Assembly (NCBI RefSeq): GCF_009914755.1
Contig: NC_060932.1
Length of the DNA: 64,000 nucleotides
DNA from: the human T2T-CHM13v2.0 reference genome, Homo sapiens
Strand: one strand, 5' to 3'
This document shows positions 31,839 to 47,025 of the stretch, one piece after another. The notes under the pieces are model-generated. The model was not told where the DNA came from and searched no databases. It saw only the letters and a list, made by a program, of their open reading frames with translations. The stretch's first letter is position 1. Every line of letters begins with the position of its first letter. The translations under genes were made by a program, and so were the position numbers.

Positions 31839-32004
31839 TTTCTGAGCAGGCAACTCCGGCCCCGTACTGCACTCCGCCCTGGGGGCAGGCCACGTCCTCC
31901 CCGTCGTGGCGGCAGTGCGCCAGGGACAGCTCCGTTCCCGAGCACTTCACTCCACTCATGACCACTTTGTTGCTGTTGACATCTCCGTGCCAATACCAGG
32001 TCTC
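31839..32004 (-). CDS. LOXL2: LOXL2 exon 9 (SRCR4 C-half, ETWYWHGD...VACSE)
   Basis: TTCCAG|GAG acceptor; A|GTGAGA donor; 166 nt. Confidence 0.96.
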
Positions 32005-32863
32005 CTGGAAGAACCAACAAAACAAATGGTGGGTACATCATCTCAAACTGTCACTTTCTCATATCCTATCAACTTGCAGCCTCACAAAAATCCCAATGTT
32101 TCATGATCCCATTTTTCAGATCGAGACAGCACGGAGGGTCACCTATCCAAGCTGTGCAGTTAGTTGGTGGCAGAGTGAGTGGGAATCCAGGTCTCCTGAC
32201 CATAGCACTTGGACTCTGTCACTCTCTCCCTCAGGGAAGTAGAGCTAAGGTTGTGGTCAAACACTGCAAGGCTGTGTGTCAGGAATGGCAGGTGCACACA
32301 ACTCAGGTTGCCCACTCCCCAGTCCTGATCCAGGGCAGACATTGCTAATCAATCACAGCACTCTCTCCTCTAAGCCCGAATAGGATCTCAGAATCCTTCT
32401 CAACACAGTGCTCCAGGAAGATGTTACTGGTTGATTGGAAGTGGTGGGAGAGAAGAAGAAATCTATTCGCATAGGTCAATCATTAGACATGTTATAAAGA
32501 CGAACTTCTGAATTTAGACTTTTCCCCAGTTTAAAGAGCAATTAATAGAGTAGTTCTGCACAGAAGCTGAGGAGATCCGAGGCTTAGGATGCTGGGATTT
32601 ATTTGGCCCCTTTGCTCTATGGGCCTTCAAAATACTGTTAGGATTTACTCTCACACTTCAGAGAAGTTTCCAGCAGAGAAAAATGAGGAGCAGAATTGGG
32701 ATCGTCAGGTACAGAAACGGGATGAGAACACAGGTGTTGTGTTCCTCAGGTCTCTCGGGCTTGGAGGCTGAGGCAGGATTAGAGCTCAGGGAGGTCTTGG
32801 GATTGTCAGACACAGACCATCAGGATAGGAAGGGCCTTGGAAGTATTAATATCTAAACTCTCC

Positions 32864-33304
32864 TGTGATGGCTCGTTTTATGTGTCAACTTGGCTAAGCC
32901 ACAGTACCCAGATATTTGGTCAAACACTATTCTAGATGTTTACGTGAGGCTGTTTTTAGAGATTAACATTTTAATCAGTAGACTTTGAGTAAGGCAGATT
33001 ACCCTCCATAATATGGGCAATTCTTATCCAATCGGTTGAGGATCTTAAGGGGTAAAAAAAAAAAAACAAACCAAAAAACCTGAGGCCTCCCAAGGAAGAA
33101 GCCATTCTGACCACAGACTGACTTCAGACTCTAGCTGCAACATCAATGCTTCCAGCCAGCTGGTCTACTCTGCAGACTTCAGACCTGCCAGCCCCATAAT
33201 TGGATGAGCCAATTCCTTAAAAGAAATATCTTTCTTCATGCTGTGTGTGTGAGAGATATACATACACATATATAAACACACATTCATACATCCTATTGGT
33301 TGAT

Positions 33305-33341
<37 letters not shown>

Positions 33342-33394
33342 ACACATTCATACAACCTACTGGTTTTGTTTCTCTAGAGAACTTGACCAATACC
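32864..33394 (+). mobile_element. MLT2 (ERV-L) solo LTR, MLT2D-like, with an internal (CA)n
   Basis: TGTGATGG...TTTTATGTGTCAACTTGGCT...AGACTTTGAGTAAGGCAGATTACCCTCCATAAT...GTTTCTCTAGAGAAC...AATAC. Confidence 0.8.
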
Positions 33395-34759
33395 CACCTC
33401 CATCCTCCAGATGAAAAAAATGAGGACTTGAGAAGGGATGGGGCTTGTAATCAGTGGCAGATTTGGTACAAATGTCAGTCCCAGGCCTATTTCAAGACCC
33501 CAGCTGAGGCCCAGGTGTCTTAGGAATGAGCTGACTGGGAAGAAAAATATCTGGTTGAAGACTCCCTTGAAATGTGGCACCGTTTTTCCACTCTCCTTGG
33601 AGATTTAGAGAGTGCCCTGGCTTGTCATAAACAATATTAGCAGAAACACTGCATTGCCTGGGGAGGCCAAGCTCCCAGAGGGCGTAAGCAGCTATTTTAA
33701 AGGCCTGTCCCTTCTGGATGCCGGAATGAGGAGCCACAGGGCAGGGGATCCCAGGCAGCTTCTGCTCAGGGCTCAGGACCTCCCATTGGAGCAACCTGGG
33801 ACCCACCCAGCCCATGGGAGACAGTCAGGCTCAGTAAGGATGCAGGAATTCTCCTCTTCTCTCCCTAAACCCCTTTCTTAGGCCCCAAGAAGGACCACTG
33901 GGGAAGGAGAGCTGGAGTCAGGGTTAACAACACAAGAGCAGGGTCTCCAAGCATCTTCCCGTTATGTAAGCTGCTTAATGGAAGTGTTTACAACCAGGAT
34001 ACTGAGGTCTTGGGATTATTCATTCCATGTCACAGGGAGGACAACTGAGGCAGGGAAGGGTGGCTGCTTTGCCTCAGACCATTACACAGCCAGCTGGTGG
34101 GAATGCGTCGGGATTAGACCCAGAGCCTCCTATTTTGTTGCTGCTCTGTGATGGGGGCGGGAGGGTGGGAACTAGGACCAGAGCTCAGCTGTTCTCAGCT
34201 GAGTCACTCTCTTTGGAGAGGGGGCAGTGGGAGGAAGTGCAGCTGATGTGACAAGGCTTGGAGATTCCCTAGCGTGTCAATGGGAGAATGCATTAGGCAC
34301 AGATGCCAGCGGGGAAACGTGTTCAGACCAGAGCGGGTTTCAAGGGAGCAAGCTAAGGCGTTTAGCGGGGGTTGAGCCTTGGGCTGGGGGTCACCACCTC
34401 CCCGAAAGACTGAGTTGGTTCCTTCTGCACAAGGCACATCAGGACCCCCCAGGATCAGTCTTGAGCCCAGAGTGAACCCCAGTGTGCAGAGCAGGAGTGG
34501 ACCATGAAAAGCAGAGCCCAGCCCCTCGTTCTGCAGCCGAGAAATAGAGGCAGAGATGGGAGCGACCTGCCCGAGGACTCAGGCCTGTAAGGAGCAGCGC
34601 TGTGGCCAGAGCGAGGCTCCCTGCCTCTGGGTCCAGGGCAACTTGCTCTGTCCTGCCTGCACGGCTAGGGAGGGTACGTGGGAGAGGGGGGCTGACTGAA
34701 GACAGTGTGGTCAGACTGCATGGGGGGTGAATGCGGGGTCTGAGGCCGGGGCTTCTCAC

Positions 34760-34927
34760 CTGGAAGGCGTTGCTGGCGAATCCCAGGCCCAGCTGGCGGC
34801 AGACCACCATGGCCTCCACGATGCCCCAGTTTTGGCCACACACCATCCCCCACACAAGGGACCCGTTTCTCTCCACCAGCACCTCCACTCGGCCCTCGTA
34901 GGGATTGCGGCCGCCGTTCAGGCGCAG
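34760..34927 (-). CDS. LOXL2: LOXL2 exon 8 (SRCR4 N-half, [16 protein letters not shown]...NAFQ)
   Basis: GCAG|CTG acceptor; CAG|GTGAGA donor; 168 nt. Confidence 0.96.
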
Positions 34928-35500
34928 CTGCAGACACAAAGGCAGGCCACGGTCACCAAGAGGGACAAGGGAGCTTCCCCACTACGCTGCCATCAGCCCC
35001 AGTGTCCTGGAGTCCTAAGCCAGGTGGTGCTGCCCGGGACACACTCAGATTCAGCAGCACCCTTGGGAGCCCCCGGTGGCAGCGCTGTGCCTAGCATGGT
35101 CTTATAGTGAGGTCCCCACCCCAGGCACCCTAAGCAGCTGGGGAGGCCCTGTGACTCCACTGAGCCCCACAGCAGAAGCTGACCCTGCTCCCCACGAGCC
35201 TATCAGTGGGGGGCTGCTCTTTGGGAGGATGGTGCCCTCGGGACCTTGACATGTTGGAATCCCACAAGACTCCTGCCTGGGCACTTTTCTCTTTGCCACA
35301 TCCCCTACCTGGCGGGTTCCAGAGCCACTGGCATCTTGTCCCATGGCTCTCCTGCTGGTCTGAGGCCCACCTAACCAGCTGCCTGTTTGACAACCCCACT
35401 TGGTATCTCAGAGATCACAAATCTGAACTTGTTGTCTTTTCTCTTTACCCTAAATGACCGGGTGTGGCCATGTTCCGATACAACTTTATTTTAAAAAAGA

Positions 35501-35914
<414 letters not shown>

Positions 35915-37003
35915 TCACATCCTGTCGGTCTTCACCTGTGGGTTTTATCTCTCCTCTCTCCAATGCATCCACTTCCCTCCAGTCCTTCCCTACCCTCCCT
36001 CATCTCTTGCCTGAGCCAGAGCAGTGTTCCTGCTCTAGGTCCTAAAGCCAAGGCAAGTCTCAGAGGCTCTGGCTGCGGAATGTGGCTGCCTCGTTGCCTC
36101 TGGGGCCAGGAAAACACATGGTCACCAAGGGCACCTGCCAAGGCTCCAAGGCGTTAAGGCTTACCAGGCCTGGGATGGCCTCTAGGACAGAGAGAAGGTT
36201 TGACTGTTCCGGAAGGAATCTGGACACTTCATGCACTGGGGGGCTTTTCTCATTTTCTACAGAAGACTGGGGCGCACAGTGTAGCTGGCAAGCAGTTCTA
36301 ACTCAGCAAAGGACACAGCTTGCCATTCCCAGAGCCCCATGTAGAGCGTCAGCATCCTGGAAACCGTGTGGCTTTCTGGTGAGCGGGGTCTGACCTCACC
36401 AGTGACAATGGAGCGTATGGGACCTCATGGTCAGCCAGGAGCCTCTGTCCTCACCCTCTCCACCTCCTCACCCAAGGAGGATGCCAGGGAAGGTCAAGCC
36501 CTTTCCAAGTCTCTTAAAACAGCCCAGGCATTTCCCTTTTCCTGTTCCTTTGGTTCTCAGTGGCAGCAGCACAGGGTTTTAAAGAAAGGAGCGAAGTGTG
36601 TGGCAGCCCAGTTTTTTTCTGAACATGAATAGAGGAAACAGAACGCCTCCAGCCAGCAGAGCACAGCCAGGCTGCACCGTGTTTTGATAAGGTTGTGGCT
36701 AGCCAGTCCCACGCCTGTCTTTGGAGGTGGTGGGGCAGAGGTGAGGTAACTCACCTCAGATGTTAACATGCAAGGAGGCAGGGCCTTTCCAGCTCACACT
36801 GCACACAGGGGCTTGGGCCTGCTGCCGGGCCAGGGCCAGGCCCGAGGTTCGAGGGGGAACTAAACATTGCAAATACCAAGTGGCAATGTCTGCAGCAGTA
36901 CTAGCAGCAGCACCTGGTCACTTCCAGGGTTCACCCCAGAGCTCTGTGGCTATACTTTCTGCAGCCTCAGTTACAGTCCCCTCTAGGTGTCCAGTCCCAT
37001 CAC

Positions 37004-37155
37004 CTTCTTCTGCAAGCCCATGGCAGGGGTGTTGCATCTCACACCAGCATCCTCCTCGTGGTTGCAGCCCTGAGACTCGGCATTGAACTTGCAGTCTATA
37101 ATGGACTTCTCATTGCCTGTGCACTGGATCTCGTTGAGGTGGATGGGTCCGATCC
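37004..37155 (-). CDS. LOXL2: LOXL2 exon 7 (SRCR3 C-half, [11 protein letters not shown]...LQKK)
   Basis: TGCAG|GG acceptor; AAG|GTGATG donor; 152 nt. Confidence 0.96.
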
Positions 37156-38571
37156 CTGCAAGGGGAGAATAAACATGCTCTATGAAAGCTTTGGAAGGAA
37201 ACTTTCTGGAGTGGCAAGAAAGCCCTGGACAATAAGAACATGCCTCTCCCATCCTCAGAACTCTCCCCACTGCCTCTTGTAATCAGCTCAATGACCCAAG
37301 CCTCTTCTCCCCAGAGAGAACAGTGCTAATTCTCTTGGGATTCACTTATCCCCCAAGAGCAAATAAAGTTTGCTACTGATTTGCTGTGTGACCTTGGCCA
37401 ATCACTCAGCCTCTCTGAATACCAGTCTTCTCTCATCCTTTTTCTAGTCCAAAGGAATTGGACTAGAAGTTGTATAAGTTTCCTTCCCGACTTTAATATT
37501 CCATGCATTTATGAATCTCAAAGGTACAACTATTGCTGTATCTGTCAAGGGTCCCTGCAGGAAACAGATGGCATGTACAAATTGGATTGAGTTAGAAAAA
37601 GGGATTTTAAAAATAAAGGTATGGATGGAGTGAAGGGAAATCACAGAGCACAGTCCAGTACTCAGGAGCTAGTGACACAGGCATAGATACCACGCCCGTT
37701 ACCCTCTGCCTCCCTGCTAGGGGCTGAGGATTCAAAGATGGGTAAGGCAGGCCCCTGCCCCGAAGAGCTCCCAGTTCCTGGGGGAGGCAGAACTTACACA
37801 AATGCTTGTGATATGACATGGTCAGTAACAAAGATGAAGGTCACAACAGGTGCTCTGGGGCTTAAAGGAGGGCCCTCGACTCTGCCGGAGAGTTCTGGAG
37901 ACAGCTGGTATCGAGGCTTACTGAGGCCAAAAACCAACTTCTAGATCAACCAATATTAGCAGGCAGGAGCCAAGTTCCTATTTCCTTGGAAACTCATAAA
38001 TGATGATGCTTCCAATTCTTTGGAATTTTATAAAATGCATAAAAATGCATCGGTGATGGTGGCTGGAAGCATCGAAGGACTAGCGTGGAAAGGCTGTGAC
38101 AAGGCACCGATCCTAATCAGAGCCCAGGAAGCAAGCAAGGCCCACAGCTCATGGGCACAGAGACAGTCAGGAGAGAAAACCCTATGTTAGGAAAGAGCAG
38201 AAGGTTCTGTCTGGGAAACAGCTGGGCTGATCTGGTCCAAACGCCCACGCTCTCCTCCCTCTAGGGAAGCCCTCGCTGTCTCCTGCCTCCTGCACTGCCC
38301 TCTTTCTGCCTCCACCTAAGGAGAAGCCTGCCTTGAAGAAAAACCTCCAGCCTCCTCCATGGTGCAGCTTCAAAGACCTCCCACTTGTCTGAACTTTTGC
38401 TTTTTACACATCTTGCTCAAGCGGCAATGAGCTGGGCAGGCAGCCTGAGATTGAATTCAGCTTGAGGTTGAAGATTAGGTTGAATCCTTGGAGAGTGATA
38501 AAAGCTTTAGCTCTACCTTCCTCATTTGTAAAAGGCCAATTAATTATAATATGTGTTTTGCCAGATCGGGA

Positions 38572-38876
38572 TTTTTTTTTGGGGGGAGTGGGGGTGGGAC
38601 GAAGTCTTGCTCTGTTGCCCAGGCTGGAGTGCAGTGACGCCATCTCGGCTCACTGCAACCTCCACCTCCCAGGTTCAAGCGATTCTTCTGCCTTGGCCTC
38701 CTGAGTAGCTGGAAATACAGGCACATGCCACCATGCCCGGCTAATTTTTGTGTTTTTAGTAGACATGGGGTTTCACCATGTTGGCCAGGATGGTCTCGAT
38801 CTCTTGACCTTGTGATCTGCCCGCCTCGGCCTCCCAAAGTGCTGGGATTACAGATGCAAGCCACCATGCCTGGCCT
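38572..38876 (-). mobile_element. Alu (AluS-like)
   Basis: Reverse Alu with a G-rich stretch at the tail junction. Confidence 0.9.
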
Positions 38877-39080
38877 GATTAAGGTTATTTCTTATTTCTG
38901 CCACTTGACATGAACTCCTGGAGAGCGGAGCATTTGTGGAATAAATGGATTCTTCATTCCAGGATCCAGGCTGAAAAGCACTCAAACAGTGTTTGTGGAT
39001 TGCTAAGACTACAGCTCAAGACTGGACAGGACAGGTAAAGCCAACTTAAGAGCCTAGCATGCTTCAGACTCAACTGGTTG

Positions 39081-39200
39081 GTCTCCTTCTGGCTGAACTT
39101 CTGTATAAACTTGCGTGGCTGTCTCAGCCATCTGGGGTCAGTCTCCTTGTGGCTGAACGTCTATGTAAACTTGCGTGGCTGTCTCAGACATCTGGGGACA
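39081..39200. repeat. 60-bp tandem duplication (2 copies, 54/60 identical)
   Basis: 39081-39140 aligned by eye with 39141-39200. Confidence 0.9.
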
Positions 39201-39857
39201 AGGCTCTGGGGGGCAGGGCCTCCCTCCTGAAGCACACATACCCATGGTGCGTCCAAGGAAGGGCACAGAGAAAGAGGCCCAGTGTGGCTCACTCTCTTCC
39301 TGCCCCACTGAGTTCCGTGGGGGGTTGGGCAGGGTGGAAGAGGCTCCGAAGGACACTGGACTGGGTGTCTGGCTTCAGCGTCTGGGTGTCTGTGGACTTC
39401 TGGTTCCTTCTGCTGACCTGGGCTTGGCATTCTGCATCCTTGACCTGCAGCTGTCACCTACTCCTGTGTTCTGGAGCACCCCTGAATTGCTCCTCCTCAT
39501 GGTGCCTTCCCCGTCTCCACCTTGGCTCTGTTCTTCTCCACATACAAACCCTGGCCTAGGTGACCACAAGGCGTGAGGCAGAATTAGGGCACAGTGGAAA
39601 AGCCGCGTCTAACATCATAGAGCAGTGTTACGGCTTCCATGGGTCCAGGCCAATGAGTGGGCTGAACTGTCAACTAAGCTGGTTACATTCAGATTGTAGG
39701 AAGCACAAGAGAACAGAATAGGACATGTCACGGGTTCTGCATATTGTAAAGCTAAGCTCTTGTTTAGAAAACCTTTGCTGGAGTTTTACATGTCACATGC
39801 ATTCCTTCTTGGGGACTGCATGCAAAAGGGTTTTCAAGCCACTGCTGTAAAACTGGG

Positions 39858-40170
39858 GAGCTGCCCCCTCCAGTACAGGAGCCACCAGCTGCATGTGGCT
39901 ATTGAGCACTTGAAATGTAGCCAGCCAGTTTGTCTACTCAGAAATGCAGACAAACTGAGAGGTCTGTTAAGTGTAAAATACATACTGGATTTCAAAGACT
40001 TAGCACCAAATATGCAAATGATCTCATTAATAGCATTCATATTGATTACATGTTGAAATAATATTTTGGATACACTGGTTTAAAGAAAATACATTATTAA
40101 AGCTAACGTCATCTTTTTAAAATTGTGGCTACTAGAAAATGCAAAGTTACATGCGTGGTTCCGGTTCTAT
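39858..40170 (-). mobile_element. MER33-like hAT element, interrupted by the following Alu
   Basis: ATGTGGCTATTGAGCACTTGAAATGT...GTTAAGTGTAAAATACA...TGTGGCTACTAGAAAAT. Confidence 0.75.
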
Positions 40171-40452
40171 TTGTTTTCTTTTTGAGAGACAGAGTCTCGC
40201 TATGTCACTCAAGCTGGAGTGCAGTGACATGATCATGGTTCACTGCAGCCTACCTCGAGGGCTCAAGTGATCCTCCCACCTCAGCCTTCTGAGTAGCTGG
40301 GACCACAGGTGTGTACCACCATGTCTGGCTAATTTTTAAAAAAATTTTGTAGAGAGGGGGTCTCACTATGTTGCCCAGGCTCGTCTTGAACTCCCAGGCT
40401 CAAGTGATCCTCCTGCCTCTGCTTCCCAAAGTCCTGGGATTACAGGCGTGAG
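40171..40452 (-). mobile_element. Alu (AluJ-like)
   Basis: Reverse Alu. Confidence 0.9.
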
Positions 40453-41347
40453 TCCTGTTCTGTTTCTATCAGACAGCACCGGTCTAGTGTTGGAACTTCT
40501 TCACCAAGTATTTGTTCTACTGATCCTACTGATTCAACTGGAACACATTCATTCATTCCTTACAACTGAATAGCACTGGAGCGCTGCATGCTGGCGGACT
40601 CGGCACTAAGCACACAGAGATAAAGACACAGGTGCTCCCCTCATGTGGCACGCAGCCTTGCAGGGACATGGAGGCACCAACAGGCAGTTGGGGTCCCGAT
40701 ATGGGCAGGGGTCCTAAGGCACAGAGCAGAGAGCCTGACCAGGACCTCATGTCTATGCTGGTGAGGCTGGAGCCAGTCAGAGCTGCAGGTGCTGTGCATC
40801 CAGCCACCTTGTTTCACAGTGAAGAATCTGAGGCCCAGAAGGTTGCTCAAGGTCACCAAGCAAGCAGGTGGCTGGGCAGGGAGGAGGACTCAGATTGCCC
40901 GACTCACAGTCATTGCCCTTTCATGCCTCCTGGCTGTGGGTGTGGTCACTGAGTCCATCAGCTAGAGCCAGGGCTGAGGGGCTGACCCTGTCTGCTCTGT
41001 GACTTGACATTAAATGTGGTACTTTTCCCTTTCTGCCTACTAGAGTTGACCCTGCCCAGCATGACAGGAGATATCAATCATCCACTGCTTCTTACAAGGA
41101 CAGCATCCAAAATGCCAAATGCCTCTTTCTCCCAGAGTTCTGCAGGCCCCTGGAAACCTCTGGCTGCTCTGGGCAGTGAAATGATTAGGTCACATAGCAC
41201 ACACCCATGATAAATGGAAAGTTTATGTCATTGAGGGCCTGTTTATTCCTCAGAATGAGTGGTCTTTGTCCTGTAGGCCCTTGGAGAGCACAAACCCACA
41301 CATCGGCCAATCAGTAAATGACTGCAGGGATAGTCAAGATCCAGGGA

Positions 41348-41629
41348 GGCCAGGTGCAGTGGCTCGTGTCTATAATCCCAGCACTTTGGTAGACCGAGGT
41401 GGGTGGATCACTTGAGGTCAGGAGTTCAAGACCAGCCTGGCCAACATGGTGAAACCCCGTCTTTACTAAAAATACAAAAATTAGCTGAGTGTGGTGGTGC
41501 ACACCCATAATCCAAGCTACCTGGGAGGCTGAGGCAGGATAATTGCTTGAACCGGGGAGGCAGAGGTTGCAGTGAGCCGAGATCGCGCCACTGTGCTGGG
41601 TGACTGAGTGAGACTCTGTCTCAAAAAAA
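41348..41629 (+). mobile_element. Alu (AluS-like)
   Basis: Full Alu; TSD AAGATCCAGGG. Confidence 0.92.
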
Positions 41630-43256
41630 GATCCAGGGGATCCTGTGGAGCTCACCATGCCCAGGGAAGGAGCACTGTTATATGGCCCAATGGAAGCTGC
41701 CAGGTGGCATGATGTGACTCAGAGTGCACCCCAGACCTCCAAACTTCAGTGCACACCTGGAAGCTTGCACAGACTGGAGAACAGAGGCAGAGAGACATTC
41801 TGAATGTGAACAGGACTGGGCCAAGGTGGGCATAAGGAAGAAGCCCTTGTCTGAGAGTTAGAAGACTTGGCTTTCAGTCTTTCTCTGCCAGCAATGAATG
41901 GGGTGACCTCAGACTTGTTCTCCTCATCTCTTGGACTAGAGGACCTGAGGTCTCTCCAGCAGTACTGTCCATCATTTCAGGACTCTCTCGAGGCCACTGG
42001 AATGCGGGCTTCCTTCCAACGTCAGGGCACCCTGTAAGAGCTGACCCACTGCAGGCTAGGGCATGGGTAGGCCGTAGAAAGAACCAACCAATGGCACTAG
42101 ACAGATGAGCTCCACTTCTAGAAGGAGGAAAGCTCTACGGTCTTTGACTCAGCTGGAGGTTAAGTTCAATGCAGGATTCTACAGTCTCACACAGAAAACC
42201 ACTGGATGTGGTGTCAGGCCCTGGGCTAGTGAGGGCTATCATTTCTTCCAGGCTGTGATCAGTGACCTCACCACATTCCTTTCTGTGGAGTGATGGCCCA
42301 ACATCTGACACTATGGAAATATCCCCTCCCCACTGGACAGGCCACCCCACCCCTTGTCTGTAGCCTATTCTGCTTCCTACCCATCCCTTCCCAGCCATAG
42401 CAGCCGACGGTCTGCAGCGGCCTCCCTGCTGGTCAAGGCTGAAAAGATTCCAGGAAATGACTATGACTTCCCTCACTCAAGTCACAGTTGTCTCGGGGAG
42501 GACTGGGCACTCCTAGACCGCACAGTCTGTTCGGGGTAAAAACTCCCCCTGTTGAATGACCAAGACTCGCAAGGATAAATGGTGGTCGTGGGGCTTCCTG
42601 GGGAGGGGAAATGACCTCTTCTGTGTCGTCTTCTAGCTGCAACATCACTTTCCACCAATGGACCCACTTGAAAGCCTCCCTTCCGTTTTTTTGCTCACAT
42701 GAAAGATTTGTTCAGGACAGTTAATAAAAAGCAGGCCCTTTCTCAATTAGTCTGAGGACATCCGGAGGGCGGCTTCTTGTTCCCTTTCTCTGCTGTCAGG
42801 GAGGGAGTGTGTGCAGGGCTGCTCCAGGGAGGAAAAGTAAGATGGCATTTGGTCCTTTTGTTGTACAGAGTGGTTCAGTCTGGTGAACTCGGAGGCCCTC
42901 TCCTGCAGGAGGGGCCTGAGAACCCTGGCTTTTTTGGTAAGGCAGCAGAGAGCACTGGGTTAGGAGCTGGGAGACCTACGGGGGAGTATTCATTGGCTGC
43001 TAATATGTTATCTCACCTTGGATGTTTACTCCGTCTTTTGGGCCTCTGCTTCCAAATCTATAAAATAGGGTCTCAGTGTTCTCTAAGGCCCCTTTCAACT
43101 CTGTCTAGGGAGAGGCCTGGGATTCTCTCCCAGGCAGCCACTAAAGGGAGGAGGGAAAGTGAGGATTTCCCGAGAGCTCACGGCCAGCAGCCAGGCTGGG
43201 CTCACGGCACCATGCTCCCAGGAAGAGAGGCCCCCTCTAGCCTCCCCATTCCTTAC

Positions 43257-43440
43257 CTTGCCCCAGTCGGGAGCCAGTGACTGCCTCTTTGGCACTCCCA
43301 AAGCCCAGCTCTCTGCAGACCACACTGGCCGACACCAGGTCCCACTTGTCGTCGCAGACGGTCCCCCACTCTCCATTTTTGAGCACCTCCACGCGGCCCT
43401 CCCCGATGTAGGCACCGCCTCTCAGTCGCACCAGGGGTTG
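43257..43440 (-). CDS. LOXL2: LOXL2 exon 6 (SRCR3 N-half, QPLVRLRGG...SRLGQ)
   Basis: TTCAG|CAA acceptor; G|GTAAGG donor; 184 nt. Confidence 0.96.
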
Positions 43441-43583
43441 CTGAAGAGACACACGGTCCTGCTGAGTACAGACGCTGATGCACGTTCAGCGGGTGACCAC
43501 TGTCCCCGCCCCCTCCCTTCCCTGCCACCCTGTTCCCAGGCCAGGCACTCAGTCTGGGAGCTGCAACTATGCTTGATGTATGG

Positions 43584-43584
<1 letters not shown>

Positions 43585-43629
<45 letters not shown>
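43585..43629. repeat. (TG)22 microsatellite
   Basis: Perfect dinucleotide run. Confidence 0.95.
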
Positions 43630-43630
<1 letters not shown>

Positions 43631-44910
43631 GTGGGTGTGTTGGGGTGTGGGAGCTTCCTCTATAGAGTCAGCTCTGGTGCAAGCTCCCTTTGCAGCCCTC
43701 GCGTGGAGCTTCTGTCCTGGTCCCCTGGAGAGCCCATTGGGGACCGTCGATCACTCATCACCCCAACCTTTGCGTGGCACAAGGATCCTTCCATCAGCAC
43801 GTCCCCCGCCAACTCCAGAGCCTCATGCTTCAGAGCTACAGAAAGAAGCGCCTACCCTCCAAAGTCTGCAGATTCCAAATGGATAATAATTCTTTCTTGT
43901 AACAAGGTTGCTTCTAAGCAAGTTTGGATCAACCTTGCTTATAACACAGTGCTACAGTCTAGGCCTGCAGAGACTCCAAAGTACTAGGCAGGCACTGGAA
44001 CGATTCTGCTGTGCACACCAGCTAGAGGCAGGAGGGAGCAGAACGGGAAGACAGGCAGCTGGAAAGCCAACCTTCATACAGCCATGACTCAGAGAATGGA
44101 TGGGGAGCCTCATACTGATTTGTCCCAGGGCTGGGGGCATGCCCAGCCTCCCTCAATTTGACTCCAAGTCCAAATTGGCCTGACTCCAGAAGATGCAGCC
44201 CAATCAGCTATGCAGAGAGGGTGGAGAATTAGAGTTTAAACACCCCCAGTGTTCACTGACAGTCTGGAAGCTTTAATCTCCTTGTGGGCTTTACTGAGTT
44301 AGACAGGAGTAAGACTCTCTACGTCTTGGCCACAGTGCATCATGTCTTACAAGATGGGAGCTGGGTCACTTGACTCCAGCTGTCCACATACCCAGGTTTG
44401 CATCTGTTTCTCTGCATGTGTGGCACGTGTGTGTGTAAGCTCACCTGCATGCATGCTGCATGTATGCGTGTGTGTGTTTTGGAGGAGGCTCAGAAGCCTA
44501 TGAGGCTCTCAGCTACTGCTGATGCTCATTCAACTCCACAGAGGGAGTGAGGAAGACTGTGTAGCCATTCTAGGTGTGTCATATCAGACCAGAGTCATTG
44601 CCTGCCCTAGCCTATGTTGTCCTTAGCCCAGAACTGCCTTCACCCTACCACTGATGGCCACGGCGAGGCAGGCCTGGGTGGAGATGACCTTTTCAAGCAT
44701 TCATGTCCACCAGCTACCTTCAGCGGGATGGCATCATACAAGAACCTGCCTCTCTACCAATTGTACCTTGGGGCTGGCCATGGCATGGTGGGGTGCTGGG
44801 ACAGCACCCAGATTTACAGACCTCAGGGACTGCTCTGACCCCCGCAGTATGGGGAGAAGAAAAAAGGGGAAAACAGCCAGTGACTGCAGGATCTTTTACC
44901 CTAGCTTTAA

Positions 44911-45617
<707 letters not shown>

Positions 45618-46629
45618 TCAGGCTGAGGCTGTGGAAAGGATGTGGCCATCAAATCATACACAGGGGGCAAGCAGGGTGTGGTGGGGGTTTGGGGGGTGGT
45701 GGACTGATTGTCGGAGGAGGGGGACATGGCGCTGTCCAGGCGTGTCCTGGAGGCACACATATGATGGTGTGGTCCCCTCTGTGCTCTTCAGAGGCTCTTG
45801 AGGGGACTGAGGAGGCAGGGCCTCCTGAAATTGCCAGGAAGTCACTCCTGATAGTTCCCACTCCCTCTGGTTGAGGAGGGCTGGGCTCCCAGCATGCATT
45901 TCACTCCTCTCACTGAAGGCTCAGTCTTTTGTTCAAATCTCCACCAAGCCTGGGATGGGGGCACCCAGTGTGGTTTATCCGGCTCTTGTCACGGTGTCCC
46001 TTTTATATTGGAGAAGTGTAATAACCTCCTTTCCACAGCAGGTCTCAACAAAGAGGGGAGACCGGGGAGGGGAGAGGGGAAAGAGGGAGGGGACAGGAGA
46101 GGAGCCAAAAGGGCATGGCTGGGGGAAAGCTGGTTGGCTCAGCCTCTGCTGCTCCTGCCTGGCTGCCTGGACCTGGCTGACACACTCTCTGCCCCCACCC
46201 CAGAGCCCTTCTCCCTCCTCTGGCTCTCTCTTATCCCTGACTTGGTGACAGCCCACCTGGAACTCACCCCTGCCAAGGTGATGATTACTACGATCATCAC
46301 GCTAATCAGATGCTGTCTCATCTACTCATGCCGCGTCAGCAAACAGTGCACTAAGTACTGAGGTTTTACCTGGCACAGGGCATCAGCCCCTGAGAAATGA
46401 TCGGTCACTTCTCCTATCCCTCCCTCTCCTCTTCCCAGTTGCTATTCCCACCCACTCACAAGATATTCGCTGTTTCCTGAACACAGAAATCACAGAGACC
46501 CTTTGATGGATACAGGAAAAAGGAAGAGGAGGAGAAAGAAAAGCGAATCAAGAAGAGACAGATAGGGCATTTGCTCTTTGTCAGAGGCTGGGTCAAGCCT
46601 GCTGTGGTTGGACTACTTTACTTGTTCTA

Positions 46630-46986
<357 letters not shown>

Positions 46987-47025
46987 TTACTTTATATGGG
47001 AAGATGTTCATCTGCATTTCAGGAA

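Noticed and set aside
32002-32007. NAGNAG (CAG-GAG) alternative acceptor at LOXL2 exon 9
   Set aside because: A distal GAG is rarely used against a proximal CAG; nothing else supports it
39081-39200. CRISPR-like repeat array
   Set aside because: Only two contiguous copies, no spacers, no cas genes, and the DNA is primate
43915-43941. Short inverted repeat TAAGCAAG...CTTGCTTA
   Set aside because: An 8-bp stem is expected by chance in 64 kb, or is a DNA-transposon remnant
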